A stretch of 64,000 nt of DNA from the IMG/VR virus record IMGVR_UViG_3300020021_000004, positions 22,249 to 86,248 of that record; one strand, 5' to 3'. Shown one piece after another: positions 36,701-45,716 of the stretch. A model generated the notes under the pieces. It ran no database searches. It was given only the letters and a program-made list of their open reading frames with translations, and was not told where the DNA came from. The translations under genes and the position numbers were made by a program. The DNA comes from a virus. How positions within the stretch are numbered: the stretch's first letter is position 1; every line of letters begins with the position of its first letter.

Positions 36701-38439
36701 CACGCCACATCCTCCATCCACGTCTTCTTGGTCACGTACTCGCCCTCTTTGCCGGCCGAGTAATCCCATACCTGCTGGATGACTTTGACCTTCTTGACGT
36801 CTTTGAAGTCGGTCTTGCTCTTGGCCACTGTCAAGGCAGCCGCTGCACTATTGTAAGCGCCGGTGCCGTAGCTACCGCCCTGAGGATTGACAGTGGTGAA
36901 ACGCCAACGAGAAGGGCTGTACTTCTGGACGAAGATCGTCCACTCACCCTTCTTGGCGTCAGACTTGTCGACCTCTTTTGGGCCCTCTTCGTCTTCACCC
37001 GCTACCTTCCACGCCAAAGCAGCGGACGCTTCTTTGAAGTTGTCCTTGTGGTTGTCATGCTCGACCTTCCACTTCTTGGCGTCCTCCGGCGACATATTCT
37101 CCGTCGGGTCTGCGGGCTTGCCCTCCTCGAACTTCGAGTAGTGGCCAGCGTCGGGACCCAACGCTACCTTCCACGCCAAGTCGTCAGCGGCCTTGAAGTT
37201 GTCCTTGTGGTTGTCATGCTCCGTCTTCCACTTGGCGGCATCTTCGGGCGACATATTCTCGGTCGGATCCGCCGACACGCCTTCTTCGAAGCGTGAGCGC
37301 TTGGCGTCCTCGGTGAGCGAGGCTTCAACCTTCCAAGGGTCAACCTCAGCCGACGCAGCCTGGATCGAGAACTCGCTCATCTCCTCGACGTTCTTGGCCG
37401 CCTGCGGGAGCTGCTGACGAATCTCACGCTTCAGAGCCTCGCTCTTCTGCGTGTCCATCGATCCGAGCTTCACCAGAACAGTGCCGATCTCGTCCACGAT
37501 GTAATACAGGCCCAAAAGGGCTGGCCGCCACCTGCTGACGTTCGCCGCTCGGGCGGCCGTGATGGCTTGGGTCCGAATGCCATCGAAGTTCTCCACCAAG
37601 GTCTGATCAGCGGCCGTAAGGGCTTGCTTGTCCTTGACGACGTCCTTGTTGTCCGACCACTGCTTGGCGATCTCGTTCAAGTCCTCATCCGAGATGTTCG
37701 GATTCTGCTCCTTGAACTTCTTCTTCACGTCGCCCACATCACCGAGCTGCATCATCTCCTGCGTGAGCTTTGGCTTGCCCGCCTGCTTCACCGTAGAGAA
37801 CGTGGCGTCGAACTCGGACTCCATCGCCATGCGGGAGAGGAGGGTCGCGAGCTGCTGTCGCGTCACCGACTGAGTGGTGGGAGCGTCCAAGATGCCCGCC
37901 AGCTTGTCGAGGGCGTCCGCCACCGGAAGGGCAGTACTGGCTTGACGAGTGGGGTCCAGCTCGCTGATGAAGGCCGCCACATCGTGCAAAGGCAAGGAAC
38001 CCTCTTCACGAGCAATGCGGGCAAACTCTCGTAGACGTTCAGCGGCTTGTTTGGGCGTGATCATAGGATTCTCCGAACGATGTTGTACGGGACGGATGCG
38101 GACCTCTTTGAGGACACGCTCCAGCTCTTCCACCTTTTCAGGCAGCAACTCCTGCTTCAGCTCTTCGTAGTCGATGCGGTCAGCCGCAAGGGCCACCGCC
38201 TGTAGAGCCTTCTGGAGCTTGAAGGCCGTCTCAGGCATCCCTGTAATGAGATGCCCCGCTACTTCCATGAAGTAGTCCTTCTTGCTCGATTTCTCGATGA
38301 GTTTTACCGCCTCATCGATATAGCGCATGAGCTGATCACAGCGAAGACGGGCGTCTCCCAACTCCTCCATGAGGTAGAGGGTCGCCCCGGCAGTTTTCTG
38401 CACGGGACGGCTCAAACACCCGTCACTGGATTGCGCCAT
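36700..38439 (-). CDS. Putative internal head protein with duplicated module and many K-x-A sites
   Basis: S(R/K)FEEGxxADPTENMSPEDAxKWKxEHDNHKDNFK occurs twice; KTA/KQA/KVA/KEA linkers. Confidence 0.65.
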   Translation of the reverse strand: MAQSSDGCLSRPVQKTAGATLYLMEELGDARLRCDQLMRYIDEAVKLIEKSSKKDYFMEVAGHLITGMPETAFKLQKALQAVALAADRIDYEELKQELLPEKVEELERVLKEVRIRPVQHRSENPMITPKQAAERLREFARIAREEGSLPLHDVAAFISELDPTRQASTALPVADALDKLAGILDAPTTQSVTRQQLATLLSRMAMESEFDATFSTVKQAGKPKLTQEMMQLGDVGDVKKKFKEQNPNISDEDLNEIAKQWSDNKDVVKDKQALTAADQTLVENFDGIRTQAITAARAANVSRWRPALLGLYYIVDEIGTVLVKLGSMDTQKSEALKREIRQQLPQAAKNVEEMSEFSIQAASAEVDPWKVEASLTEDAKRSRFEEGVSADPTENMSPEDAAKWKTEHDNHKDNFKAADDLAWKVALGPDAGHYSKFEEGKPADPTENMSPEDAKKWKVEHDNHKDNFKEASAALAWKVAGEDEEGPKEVDKSDAKKGEWTIFVQKYSPSRWRFTTVNPQGGSYGTGAYNSAAAALTVAKSKTDFKDVKKVKVIQQVWDYSAGKEGEYVTKKTWMEDVA

Positions 38440-38467
38440 TCACACGAAGGACGCTCACAAGAAGAAA

Positions 38468-38905
38468 CTAAGGGTTTAGCTCGATTTGCGGGTTCAGGGG
38501 TTCCGCCATCAATCGCTCACGAACACCCATGATGGCCGCCCTAGTGCTGTCGTCCGCTGCCTTGATGAGCCTTATACGGCTCTGACGGACTATCGATCGA
38601 CCCTCTTCAGGCTCGTACCGGACGAAGCCAATACAAAGCCTGCGGGGGTCGTCACACAAGGCCAGAGGGCCAGGCCCAGAGGCCAAGAAGAGCGCTAGCT
38701 CCTCGGGCTCGACCTCCGCCTTGTCGGGAGTAAGAGGTTCTTGGAATAAGGGCCACTCCAGGATTTCCGACAGGTCTTCACCGTCGTCACCCATGAAGAA
38801 GGCCAAAAAGCCCCGCATCCCACGTTCGGGATCATCCGCAGGGAGCATCATATGACCCTCCGCTGCGAGCTGCCGGGCTCTACCAAGAACCTCTTCTTGG
38901 GTCAC
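38468..38905 (-). CDS. Hypothetical protein (145 aa)
   Basis: GTG 38905 overlaps the upstream TGA (MTQEEVLGRARQ). Confidence 0.55.
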   Translation of the reverse strand: MTQEEVLGRARQLAAEGHMMLPADDPERGMRGFLAFFMGDDGEDLSEILEWPLFQEPLTPDKAEVEPEELALFLASGPGPLALCDDPRRLCIGFVRYEPEEGRSIVRQSRIRLIKAADDSTRAAIMGVRERLMAEPLNPQIELNP

Positions 38906-39996
38906 GCAAAAGCCCCGGGAAACTCCTCCACGAGACGCTGCCGGACTTCCAAGTCGGTGTCGGCCGCCGCTACCGCTCGAATGACGTCCGGGCGGTCGTC
39001 GAAGTCGGCCTGGAGACGAGCAATCTTCTTGCGTACCGGGTCGTCGAACACGTAATTGTTGGGGAAGTCGGGGCAAATCGCCAAAGCGATGCGACGACGA
39101 GTGTCCATGTCGGCCGCCGACGAAGCAGCCACAACCGGCCGAGCCTGGGGCTTCGGCTTCCCGACGTTCGTGTTGCGGAACACCATGCCCTCTTCGGAGA
39201 CCGTGCTCTCCACCACGTCGCCCCCCATGCCGCCCGCATCGGCGATCTCGATCCCACCACCGACCGAGTTGTTGATGTTGAAGCCCTCTTTCTGGGCATT
39301 CCTCATCGGAGCAATGTGGCCCACAATGACGGGCGCATCGACGTAGCCCGCTTTCTTGGAGTCCAAGACCGAGAGGTATTCCGCCTGTTCTTGCTCCGAC
39401 ATCTGGGCCAGCATCTCTTCACGAGTCCGCCCAATACCAGGCTGGACACGTGCCGAGTCGGCTCGACGGATGGCCTCCGCAGGGCTTTCGTACTCGAAGT
39501 TGGTTGTCTGCTTGGCGGGCGTCGTCAAATGGCGAACCGTCACACCCTCCTGAGACTCGACCGTCATGCTGGCCGTTCGACGGCCCGGCTGAGGCTGATA
39601 CAGGTTGGTGTTGCGAGCCTGCACCCCTTGAGCGTGGCTCCGGACATTACCCACTTCACGCTCTTCAGCCGCTGCGGTCGTGACGGGAATGCGAACCGGT
39701 GGATCCATGGGATTGCCACCCTTCGCCTCTCGGACCTGCACACCCGCCGGACGAGGGATTGAAGACGACAGGTCGTTGGGGTCGTAGTTAGCGGCTAGGA
39801 CAACCCAACCCGCCTTCACGGCTCCACGAAGCTGCGGCATGATCACCGGATGGCTGCCCGCGTAGCTGACGTGCGTCCCATCGAAGTCTAGTTCGGACCC
39901 CTGCTGGATGTTCATGCCCGAATTGCCCAGCGAAAAGCTGCGTGTGGCGATGAACTTTTGAGCGTGGCCAGCCCTAAATTGAATCTGAGTACTCAT
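38902..39996 (-). CDS. Hypothetical protein (364 aa), probably virion-associated
   Basis: GAGGAG RBS; long ORF with phage-like codon usage. Confidence 0.7.
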   Translation of the reverse strand: MSTQIQFRAGHAQKFIATRSFSLGNSGMNIQQGSELDFDGTHVSYAGSHPVIMPQLRGAVKAGWVVLAANYDPNDLSSSIPRPAGVQVREAKGGNPMDPPVRIPVTTAAAEEREVGNVRSHAQGVQARNTNLYQPQPGRRTASMTVESQEGVTVRHLTTPAKQTTNFEYESPAEAIRRADSARVQPGIGRTREEMLAQMSEQEQAEYLSVLDSKKAGYVDAPVIVGHIAPMRNAQKEGFNINNSVGGGIEIADAGGMGGDVVESTVSEEGMVFRNTNVGKPKPQARPVVAASSAADMDTRRRIALAICPDFPNNYVFDDPVRKKIARLQADFDDRPDVIRAVAAADTDLEVRQRLVEEFPGAFA

Positions 39997-40099
39997 CTGA
40001 ATTTATCTCCTCAGGGCACCCTGCGAACGGAAGGGGCCTCATATAGAAATGCAAACAAATGGATTAGCGGACCTTAGGCCCACCGGACGGACTCAACCT

Positions 40100-40279
40100 T
40101 CACTTCTTGCTCTTGAAGTACTCGACCTGTTCGAGCCGCTTCTCAGCCTCACCCTTTGAAGGATAGCAGCCGCCGTTCCAGTCCGCGTTGTCGGGGGACC
40201 GGACGCAGTACTCACCCTTCTCCTTGCGGATCACTGCTTCACGTTTGAAGCGAGCCACGAGGCGGCCGGCAGCTGTCAC
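40100..40279 (-). CDS. Small putative internal head protein (59 aa, below the ORF-track cutoff)
   Basis: MTAAGRLVARFKREAVIRKEKGEYCVRSPDNADWNGGCYPSKGEAEKRLEQVEYFKSKK; GTGA overlap with the upstream stop. Confidence 0.7.
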   Translation of the reverse strand: MTAAGRLVARFKREAVIRKEKGEYCVRSPDNADWNGGCYPSKGEAEKRLEQVEYFKSKK

Positions 40280-40881
40280 TTATCCTCAGCGAAGGCGACG
40301 ATTGCCTCACCCACGTCTTTGAACCCTGTACGGGCTCCCTCTTTCCTCAGCACCTTCGTGACGCCTTCGACAAGGCCCATGAAGAGCTTCTGGCCAGCAG
40401 GCGACTTCAGGTACGTGAAACCCGCCTCTCCCTTGTCATCCGAAGGCTCCTTGTCGGCGAACCATGCCCTGAGGACCTTGGCCACATCCCGTAGCCCGAA
40501 GATCAAGCCTTCCTTCTTGGCCGCCGCTCCCATCCCAAGTGAGAGGGTTCCGAACTTGGAATCCCGAAGGAAAGCGAACACCGCTTCCTTAACGTCGGCT
40601 TCAAGAGCGGCCGTGCGAGCTGAGACTGTCTTGATCGGCTCCAAATCATCCAAGTCGACGATGATGCGACCGTTCTTCTCACTCTCAACCCACGCCTTGT
40701 TGATCGGGATCATCTTGTCGATGGTGCCGGTGTCACCCCTGTAGTGAGCGAACCCATGGGACGGCAATACTCGAACGGAGTCCCCAGGCTTGAACCTACG
40801 ATAGGGGGTGAACTCAGCCGCACGACTGCGGGCTACTAGGTTCCTGACCGTCTTGAAGCGTGTAGCGAGATCTGAGGGCAT
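40276..40881 (-). CDS. Putative internal head protein with SH3/KOW-like domain
   Basis: RNLVARSRAA leader, FKPGDSVRV...G.TGTI (KOW-like), RTAA linker. Confidence 0.6.
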   Translation of the reverse strand: MPSDLATRFKTVRNLVARSRAAEFTPYRRFKPGDSVRVLPSHGFAHYRGDTGTIDKMIPINKAWVESEKNGRIIVDLDDLEPIKTVSARTAALEADVKEAVFAFLRDSKFGTLSLGMGAAAKKEGLIFGLRDVAKVLRAWFADKEPSDDKGEAGFTYLKSPAGQKLFMGLVEGVTKVLRKEGARTGFKDVGEAIVAFAEDK

Positions 40882-40914
40882 GGTCCTATTGGACGCAACC
40901 CATTAGAAAAAACG

Positions 40915-41271
40915 TCAAGTCTTGAGGGCTCTCTGCCTTGCTGTCTCCAAGAAGGTCTGGAATTTCTCAGGATCCATCCGCTCTCGAGCGACGTCGAGGA
41001 AGTGGCCTTCTACACTGTGCTGACGAGCGGTACGCAGCCGGCCCAACTCGAACTGGATTTGCTGACACTGTCGACCCTTGATTCGAAGTGCTTGGTGAAT
41101 CTTGCACCACCACAACACCTTCGCGAAACGGCCCATCTCTCGAGACTCCCTACGGGCTCGATCGAGCTGTGTCCTGATGGACGTGATCTCCGTCTCGAGC
41201 TGCTGCTTGGTACGTAGCAACTCCTCTCGGCTCTTACCCCGCAGGTTTAGGGCGAGGGAGGTCTCGGGCAT
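40915..41271 (-). CDS. Small coiled-coil hypothetical protein (probably leaderless)
   Basis: ATG 5 nt after GGTG-TATAAG. Confidence 0.65.
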   Translation of the reverse strand: MPETSLALNLRGKSREELLRTKQQLETEITSIRTQLDRARRESREMGRFAKVLWWCKIHQALRIKGRQCQQIQFELGRLRTARQHSVEGHFLDVARERMDPEKFQTFLETARQRALKT

Positions 41272-41390
41272 CGAGCCTTATACACCCGTCGCCGGATCGC
41301 CCGGTACGCTAGGGTCGCGAAATAGCTGCCCCAACAGATCGCGAGCCAGCTACCGGCCCACATAAAGAGGATCTGCTCTCGTGCGTTCAT
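41247..41390 (-). CDS. Possible 47-aa single-pass membrane peptide
   Basis: MNAREQILFMWAGSWLAICWGSYFATLAYRAIRRRVYKARCPRPPSP; ATGA-coupled; hydrophobic helix followed by a basic tail. Confidence 0.45.
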   Translation of the reverse strand: MNAREQILFMWAGSWLAICWGSYFATLAYRAIRRRVYKARCPRPPSP

Positions 41391-41551
41391 TGATTGGGCG
41401 CTGGGGCGGGCATGGTGACCCGCTGACGTAGCTCGTCCTGTACTTCTTCACCCGTAAGACCGAACGTGCGGTAGATGTAATCCACCCGAGTCCGAAGCTC
41501 TGACAGCTCACGTTCCAGCTGAGCGATGCGGGTCTTGTCGGTATCGGCCAC
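41387..41551 (-). CDS. Small coiled-coil protein (54 aa, probably leaderless)
   Basis: MADTDKTRIAQLERELSELRTRVDYIYRTFGL...; GTG 6 nt after GGTG-TATAAG. Confidence 0.55.
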   Translation of the reverse strand: MADTDKTRIAQLERELSELRTRVDYIYRTFGLTGEEVQDELRQRVTMPAPAPNQ

Positions 41552-41571
41552 AGCCCCTTATACACCAACCG

Positions 41572-42078
41572 TCAGTCGCCAAGGCGTCGCTGAAGGACCC
41601 GAAGAATCGAGGTTGTCTCCGTCATCTGCTGCTTGAGGGTCGTGCCGTGGCCCCTCTCCAGAGCGTTGACGATGCCTCCAAAGCGGTCCACCTGCGACTT
41701 CATCGACGTGACGTTGTCCAAGAGGGTCGCAATGCCCCGCTCCCAAGCCGAATTGGAGATGTTGGAGTCCGCACGCAGGTCTTGCGCGGACAGTATCTTC
41801 TGCTCGCTGATCCAATCGTTGCGGCGAGCAGCTTCACATTCTTTCCAGGAAGCCCACTTCTGTGTCTCGACCTTCACCTTCTCACGCTTGGCTCGATCGA
41901 GGAGCGCCTTCATGTGCGCTCCATCAGCCTTGCCTTCAGTGCGACCCGGCTTGCCCTTGTCGTCGATCCATTCGATGTACGCCTTCTCATCTCCAGAGTC
42001 CGAATAGGTCCGGATGTATGCCTTCGTGATCTGTTTGATGGAGGCGGTGACGGTGCGGCGGTCGTAGGAGTACATCAC
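41572..42078 (-). CDS. Putative internal head protein (MYSYDRR leader)
   Basis: Starts (M)MYSYDRRTVTAS. Confidence 0.65.
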   Translation of the reverse strand: MMYSYDRRTVTASIKQITKAYIRTYSDSGDEKAYIEWIDDKGKPGRTEGKADGAHMKALLDRAKREKVKVETQKWASWKECEAARRNDWISEQKILSAQDLRADSNISNSAWERGIATLLDNVTSMKSQVDRFGGIVNALERGHGTTLKQQMTETTSILRVLQRRLGD

Positions 42079-42096
42079 CTGGGCGGACCTATAAAA

Positions 42097-44031
42097 TCAT
42101 TCCACGGATGGCTTGCGGAACACAAACAAGGGCTCAGTACTCCGCATTTTACCCAAGAAGCCGAGCGGGATGTTCCAGGTGTCTTCCAGTTGGAATCCGA
42201 CCCGTTGAGCGCGGGTCTGTAGCTCTTGGGCGATGGGGTACGCTTGGCGTCCTATCCTCACGTTCTTAGTGTTGATAGCCATCACACACCCTGGCCGTAG
42301 ATGAGTCCAAGATTTCCGGATCAAAGGCTCAAGAAAACCTTCAAGCCAGTCATTCCAAGACCTGTAGCGAACCCAGCTCTGACGCGAATCTTCCGAATAA
42401 CGCTCCACCGAGAAATACGGTGGGGACGTAAAGACCAGGTCAGCTTGAAGCTGGCCTAGGTCCACGTCTTCGAAAGGTTGTCCGTGAAATGTGAAGCGGG
42501 GCTCCGACAACCCCAACAAGCGGCCCAATTGCTCGTACGCCATGCCGGCGTCGGGATGAGGGTCACACCCCACATATGGTCGACCACTTGCAAGAGTGCC
42601 CGTCGCACGACCTCCATAACCTGCGCAGGGGTCGAGGACCAAGCCCCCTTCTGGGCAAAGACTACTCACAACTGCCTTCGCAAAGCACGGCCTAAAATTA
42701 GTAGGGGCTCGAACGACTGCCTGCACGGCACGAAATATCCGGACGGGTGTCATTGGGTCTTTGACCCTCAACTGAAATCGGACGGCCTTCCGCAAAGAGG
42801 TGGGGTCGTACCAGGCTTCCCGGGCCGACAGATGTTCCCGATACCTAGCGTCCCAACGGTATGCAAACAAATGCTGGCAGAGACGGGCTCCAGCAGAGGA
42901 GATTCCAGAGAACTGACCGTCTTGGTAGTGGGCGGGAGATTTCATCAGGCGACACCAATCCAAGAGGGCTTCGTCCTGCGACGGCAATCGTAATGGGATC
43001 TCCGTCTTCAACAGGATCCCCAGCACGCTATCTTCATAGGTGGGGGAGGTTGCATCAAGACGACGAATCGCCTCCAACGCTGACCCGTCGTCCAACTCCT
43101 GACGAACGACTTTCTTAGGGCGGCCTGGGGTGTTCCGTGGAACGCCCATCCGATCCAAAGCCCTCCTCACACTGTTCCGAGATACTTGCAACAGTTCGGC
43201 GATGGCCTGTGCCGAAAAGCTTCGGTCGAGAAGAGGTTGAAGGCGTTCGGTCGTCAACAAGTCTCTTGGGGGAATGCCAGCCTTAGGTCTGTGGAAATCC
43301 AGCTTGTACAGCATGCTGGAATGCATATGAGGCTCTACCCTTTTCAGGAAGCGGTTCAAGGAGGTGCGGCTGTGAATGCAGATTTCAGCGTCCCCTGTCG
43401 TGTAGAGGTTGGCTTGGATCCCTAAATGACGCAGAGCCCGCATCAACACCTGCTGATTGGCGGGATCGGGGCTCACAGCAAATCGCACGCCGTTCTGGCC
43501 CTTAGAGCCATCGTCCATGAACCACACCGCAAGGGCAAGGTCGTCCACCCACTCCAAGGGCATCCCCGTGAACACCTTGTCTCCCAAACCTGTCGGGTAG
43601 AACGTTTGCCAGAATGGGAACAGCACCGAGCATCCATGGGTTGTGAGGACGTTTCCCGGGAAACCATGGTGCACCACATCTCGTGTGCTCAACCAGAAGG
43701 TTGCCCATTCTTGGACCTTCCAGTCGAGGTACGGGCGCTGCTTAACCGAATGATGCTCTGTGTAGGCCGCCGTCTTGGACCCAGTCTTAAACAGACGGCC
43801 ATCACCCAACATAGACCCCACAAGAATCGACCGAAGTCGAGGCTCCAGTTTTCCAGGTAACTTCAGGCGATCACTCTTACTTATCGTGAGGATCCCGAAC
43901 TGTTTTCGAAGACGGTTGATCCGCACTTGATAGGTGCCGTACAGGACTGCGATCTCAGTCTCTGTCCTGCCCTCTTCAACGTATAGACGGTAGAACTCGT
44001 CGGGACCTAAATTGGCCAAAGGCTGTGTCAC
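42097..44031 (-). CDS. HTH / LAGLIDADG endonuclease / HTH / amino-DNA-methyltransferase fusion (644 aa)
   Basis: ILVGSMLGDG and ALAVWFMDDG (LAGLIDADG_2); HTHs TETEIAVLYG and SAQAIAELLQVSRNSVRR; MTase motif I DPCAGYGG and motif IV TSPPY. Start placed at GTG 44031. Confidence 0.8.
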   Translation of the reverse strand: MTQPLANLGPDEFYRLYVEEGRTETEIAVLYGTYQVRINRLRKQFGILTISKSDRLKLPGKLEPRLRSILVGSMLGDGRLFKTGSKTAAYTEHHSVKQRPYLDWKVQEWATFWLSTRDVVHHGFPGNVLTTHGCSVLFPFWQTFYPTGLGDKVFTGMPLEWVDDLALAVWFMDDGSKGQNGVRFAVSPDPANQQVLMRALRHLGIQANLYTTGDAEICIHSRTSLNRFLKRVEPHMHSSMLYKLDFHRPKAGIPPRDLLTTERLQPLLDRSFSAQAIAELLQVSRNSVRRALDRMGVPRNTPGRPKKVVRQELDDGSALEAIRRLDATSPTYEDSVLGILLKTEIPLRLPSQDEALLDWCRLMKSPAHYQDGQFSGISSAGARLCQHLFAYRWDARYREHLSAREAWYDPTSLRKAVRFQLRVKDPMTPVRIFRAVQAVVRAPTNFRPCFAKAVVSSLCPEGGLVLDPCAGYGGRATGTLASGRPYVGCDPHPDAGMAYEQLGRLLGLSEPRFTFHGQPFEDVDLGQLQADLVFTSPPYFSVERYSEDSRQSWVRYRSWNDWLEGFLEPLIRKSWTHLRPGCVMAINTKNVRIGRQAYPIAQELQTRAQRVGFQLEDTWNIPLGFLGKMRSTEPLFVFRKPSVE

Positions 44032-44089
44032 TAACGTAGGTATAAACACACCACGTCGAAAAAGTCTACGTGTGTTTATACCTACGTTA
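44032..44089. repeat. Perfect 20-bp inverted repeat, 18-nt spacer
   Basis: taacgtaggtataaacacac (44032-44051) and gtgtgtttatacctacgtta (44070-44089), abutting the GTG start of the fusion gene. Confidence 0.95.
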
Positions 44090-44112
44090 AGTTCCACCTC
44101 AAAAGGGACGTT

Positions 44113-44153
44113 AAATAGACGAAACCCCCGGCCAGCTTGCGCCAACCAGGGGT
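44113..44153 (-). terminator. Rho-independent terminator after the major capsid gene
   Basis: ACCCCTGGTTGGC-GCAA-GCTGGCCGGGGGT stem (with G-U pairs) followed by TTCGTCTATTT. Confidence 0.7.
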
Positions 44154-44186
44154 CCCGACAATCAGCCCGTCAAGGCTGTTTTTGGC

Positions 44187-45065
44187 TCAGACGCGGGTCA
44201 CTACGAGACGGGTCAGAGCACGCGGGTTGAAGGCCCCGATGCCGACGTTCTCGAAGCAGCTGAAACCAATCGTGCGGGCCTTCGGGTCATCCGCCGACAG
44301 CACGGTCAGTTCCGTGCGGACGGGGAAGCGACCGAAGTTCTCCGGTTCGCCGCAGACGTACACGAAGCCGGCCGGAACGAGGCGGCTCGTGATGATCTGA
44401 GCGCCCCAGAGGGTCGCCTGGAGACCGGTCTTCAGCAAGGTTGCCTGAGACTCGATGTCCAAGATGTCGCGACCGAACTTGCGGATATCCGCGTAGTCGA
44501 CCGCGTTCATGTAGATACGAGCCACGCGCAAGTCGTGACGCTCGATCTCGGCGAAGGCGTCCGCGAGGACACTCGGCGAAATCGGGGCGACAACGGCCAC
44601 GTCGGGGTTCGTCTGACCCGGGAGAGTGTCGAAGCCCGAGACAGCGATGCTGTCCAAGACCGCGAACACGCGCTCGTCTTCCGCGGCCTGGATCTGGGCT
44701 TTCGCCAAGTCCTGGCTGCGTTCGATCAAGTCGAAGCGACGCTCCTTGATCTGCGTGAGCGGGATCTCCGGGTTCGAGGCGATCTCGAACAACGGGAAGA
44801 TCACGCGGCGAGGCTTCTGGATCGCGACGATGTTCTGGCCTTCTTCGCCGACCACGAACGCCGTAACTTCCGGGTCCTTGTCGTAGATGGGCAGAGCGCC
44901 GTCTGGCAACTGCTCGACCAAGAAGGTCTTGCGACCAACTGCCGTGTAGTCACGGCGAAGGCGGAGCGGCTGGATCATGGAGGTAGCGAGCTTGGCGCGA
45001 CCGGCGGCGGTCTTGATGTACTCGCTGATGATCTGCTGCTTGAGTTCGTTGGAAACTTGGTTCAT
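44187..45065 (-). CDS. Major capsid protein (HK97 fold)
   Basis: 292 aa, last gene of the protease-scaffold-decoration block, strong codon bias, terminator downstream. FEIASNPEI...AKAQIQAAEDERVF...LWGAQII...ENVGIGAFNPRAL fits HK97-fold capsids. Confidence 0.85.
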   Translation of the reverse strand: MNQVSNELKQQIISEYIKTAAGRAKLATSMIQPLRLRRDYTAVGRKTFLVEQLPDGALPIYDKDPEVTAFVVGEEGQNIVAIQKPRRVIFPLFEIASNPEIPLTQIKERRFDLIERSQDLAKAQIQAAEDERVFAVLDSIAVSGFDTLPGQTNPDVAVVAPISPSVLADAFAEIERHDLRVARIYMNAVDYADIRKFGRDILDIESQATLLKTGLQATLWGAQIITSRLVPAGFVYVCGEPENFGRFPVRTELTVLSADDPKARTIGFSCFENVGIGAFNPRALTRLVVTRV

Positions 45066-45107
45066 GACTTCTTTTCCTTGCGGGAATTCCCAGTTAGAGG
45101 TCGCCGC

Positions 45108-45716
45108 TCAGATGCGGAGGTCGATGACCATCAGTGAGTTGTTCGCGTCAGGAGCGATCTTGACGATGCCGATGATGGTCGGAGTCGTGCTTGCGCCCGT
45201 CTCGTAAGCATCCGCGATGTTGTTGGTCACGAAACCGTTGACGCTCGCGTACAGGAGGTTGCCCGCCGCGTACGTCAGAGCAGTTGTGTCCGCGATCTGG
45301 TCTTGGGTTTCCCAGATCGAGAGACCTACCGAGCCACGGCCGCACAGATACGGGCCACGACCGGACGCGATGCCGGGAGTGTTCTCGTAGGGGTTGCCGA
45401 GAGAGTCGTTGATGAAGATGCCGAGGGGGCGGAGCTTGGCGTCGTACGCGGTGGCAATCTTCACTGCACCGCCGTGATAGCCGTTGCCGGCGTCATAGCG
45501 CGTGAAGGCGATCGAGGCGCCGAGGACGCCCTTCTTGCTGATACCCGCGAGGGTGGTCGAGACGTTGCCGGTCGTGGTGATGACGGGGGGATTGCTCTGC
45601 GTGAAAGCATCCGCCGACAGGATTCCAAGCGAGTTGCGAATCCCTTCGTGAAAAATCTGGACACGTCCAGAAGTCTCCCTGAAGTCACCCGAGCCTTGGC
45701 CGATGGACATAGGCAT
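45108..45716 (-). CDS. Capsid decoration (cement) protein, beta-tulip-like
   Basis: Directly upstream of the MCP; PLGIF...SGRGPY...WETQ...YAAGNLLYASVNGFVTN...IGIVK. Confidence 0.65.
   Translation of the reverse strand: MPMSIGQGSGDFRETSGRVQIFHEGIRNSLGILSADAFTQSNPPVITTTGNVSTTLAGISKKGVLGASIAFTRYDAGNGYHGGAVKIATAYDAKLRPLGIFINDSLGNPYENTPGIASGRGPYLCGRGSVGLSIWETQDQIADTTALTYAAGNLLYASVNGFVTNNIADAYETGASTTPTIIGIVKIAPDANNSLMVIDLRI

Noticed and set aside
41350-41568. ORF-track 72-aa ORF MVYKGLWP
   Set aside because: It starts inside the promoter motif. The 41387..41551 and 41247..41390 frames give more plausible, coupled proteins.
42097-44031. Intein or group I intron carrying the LAGLIDADG domain
   Set aside because: No Cys/Ser...His-Asn splicing boundaries are visible, the MTase motifs are not split, and the MCP gene is complete with its own terminator.
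44032-44145. ORF-track N-terminal extension of the nuclease-MTase, and similar over-long starts for the 27876, 34786, 38468, 48786 and 57607 ORFs
   Set aside because: The extensions run through terminators, repeats or upstream genes; downstream starts with an RBS or stop/start coupling are preferred.
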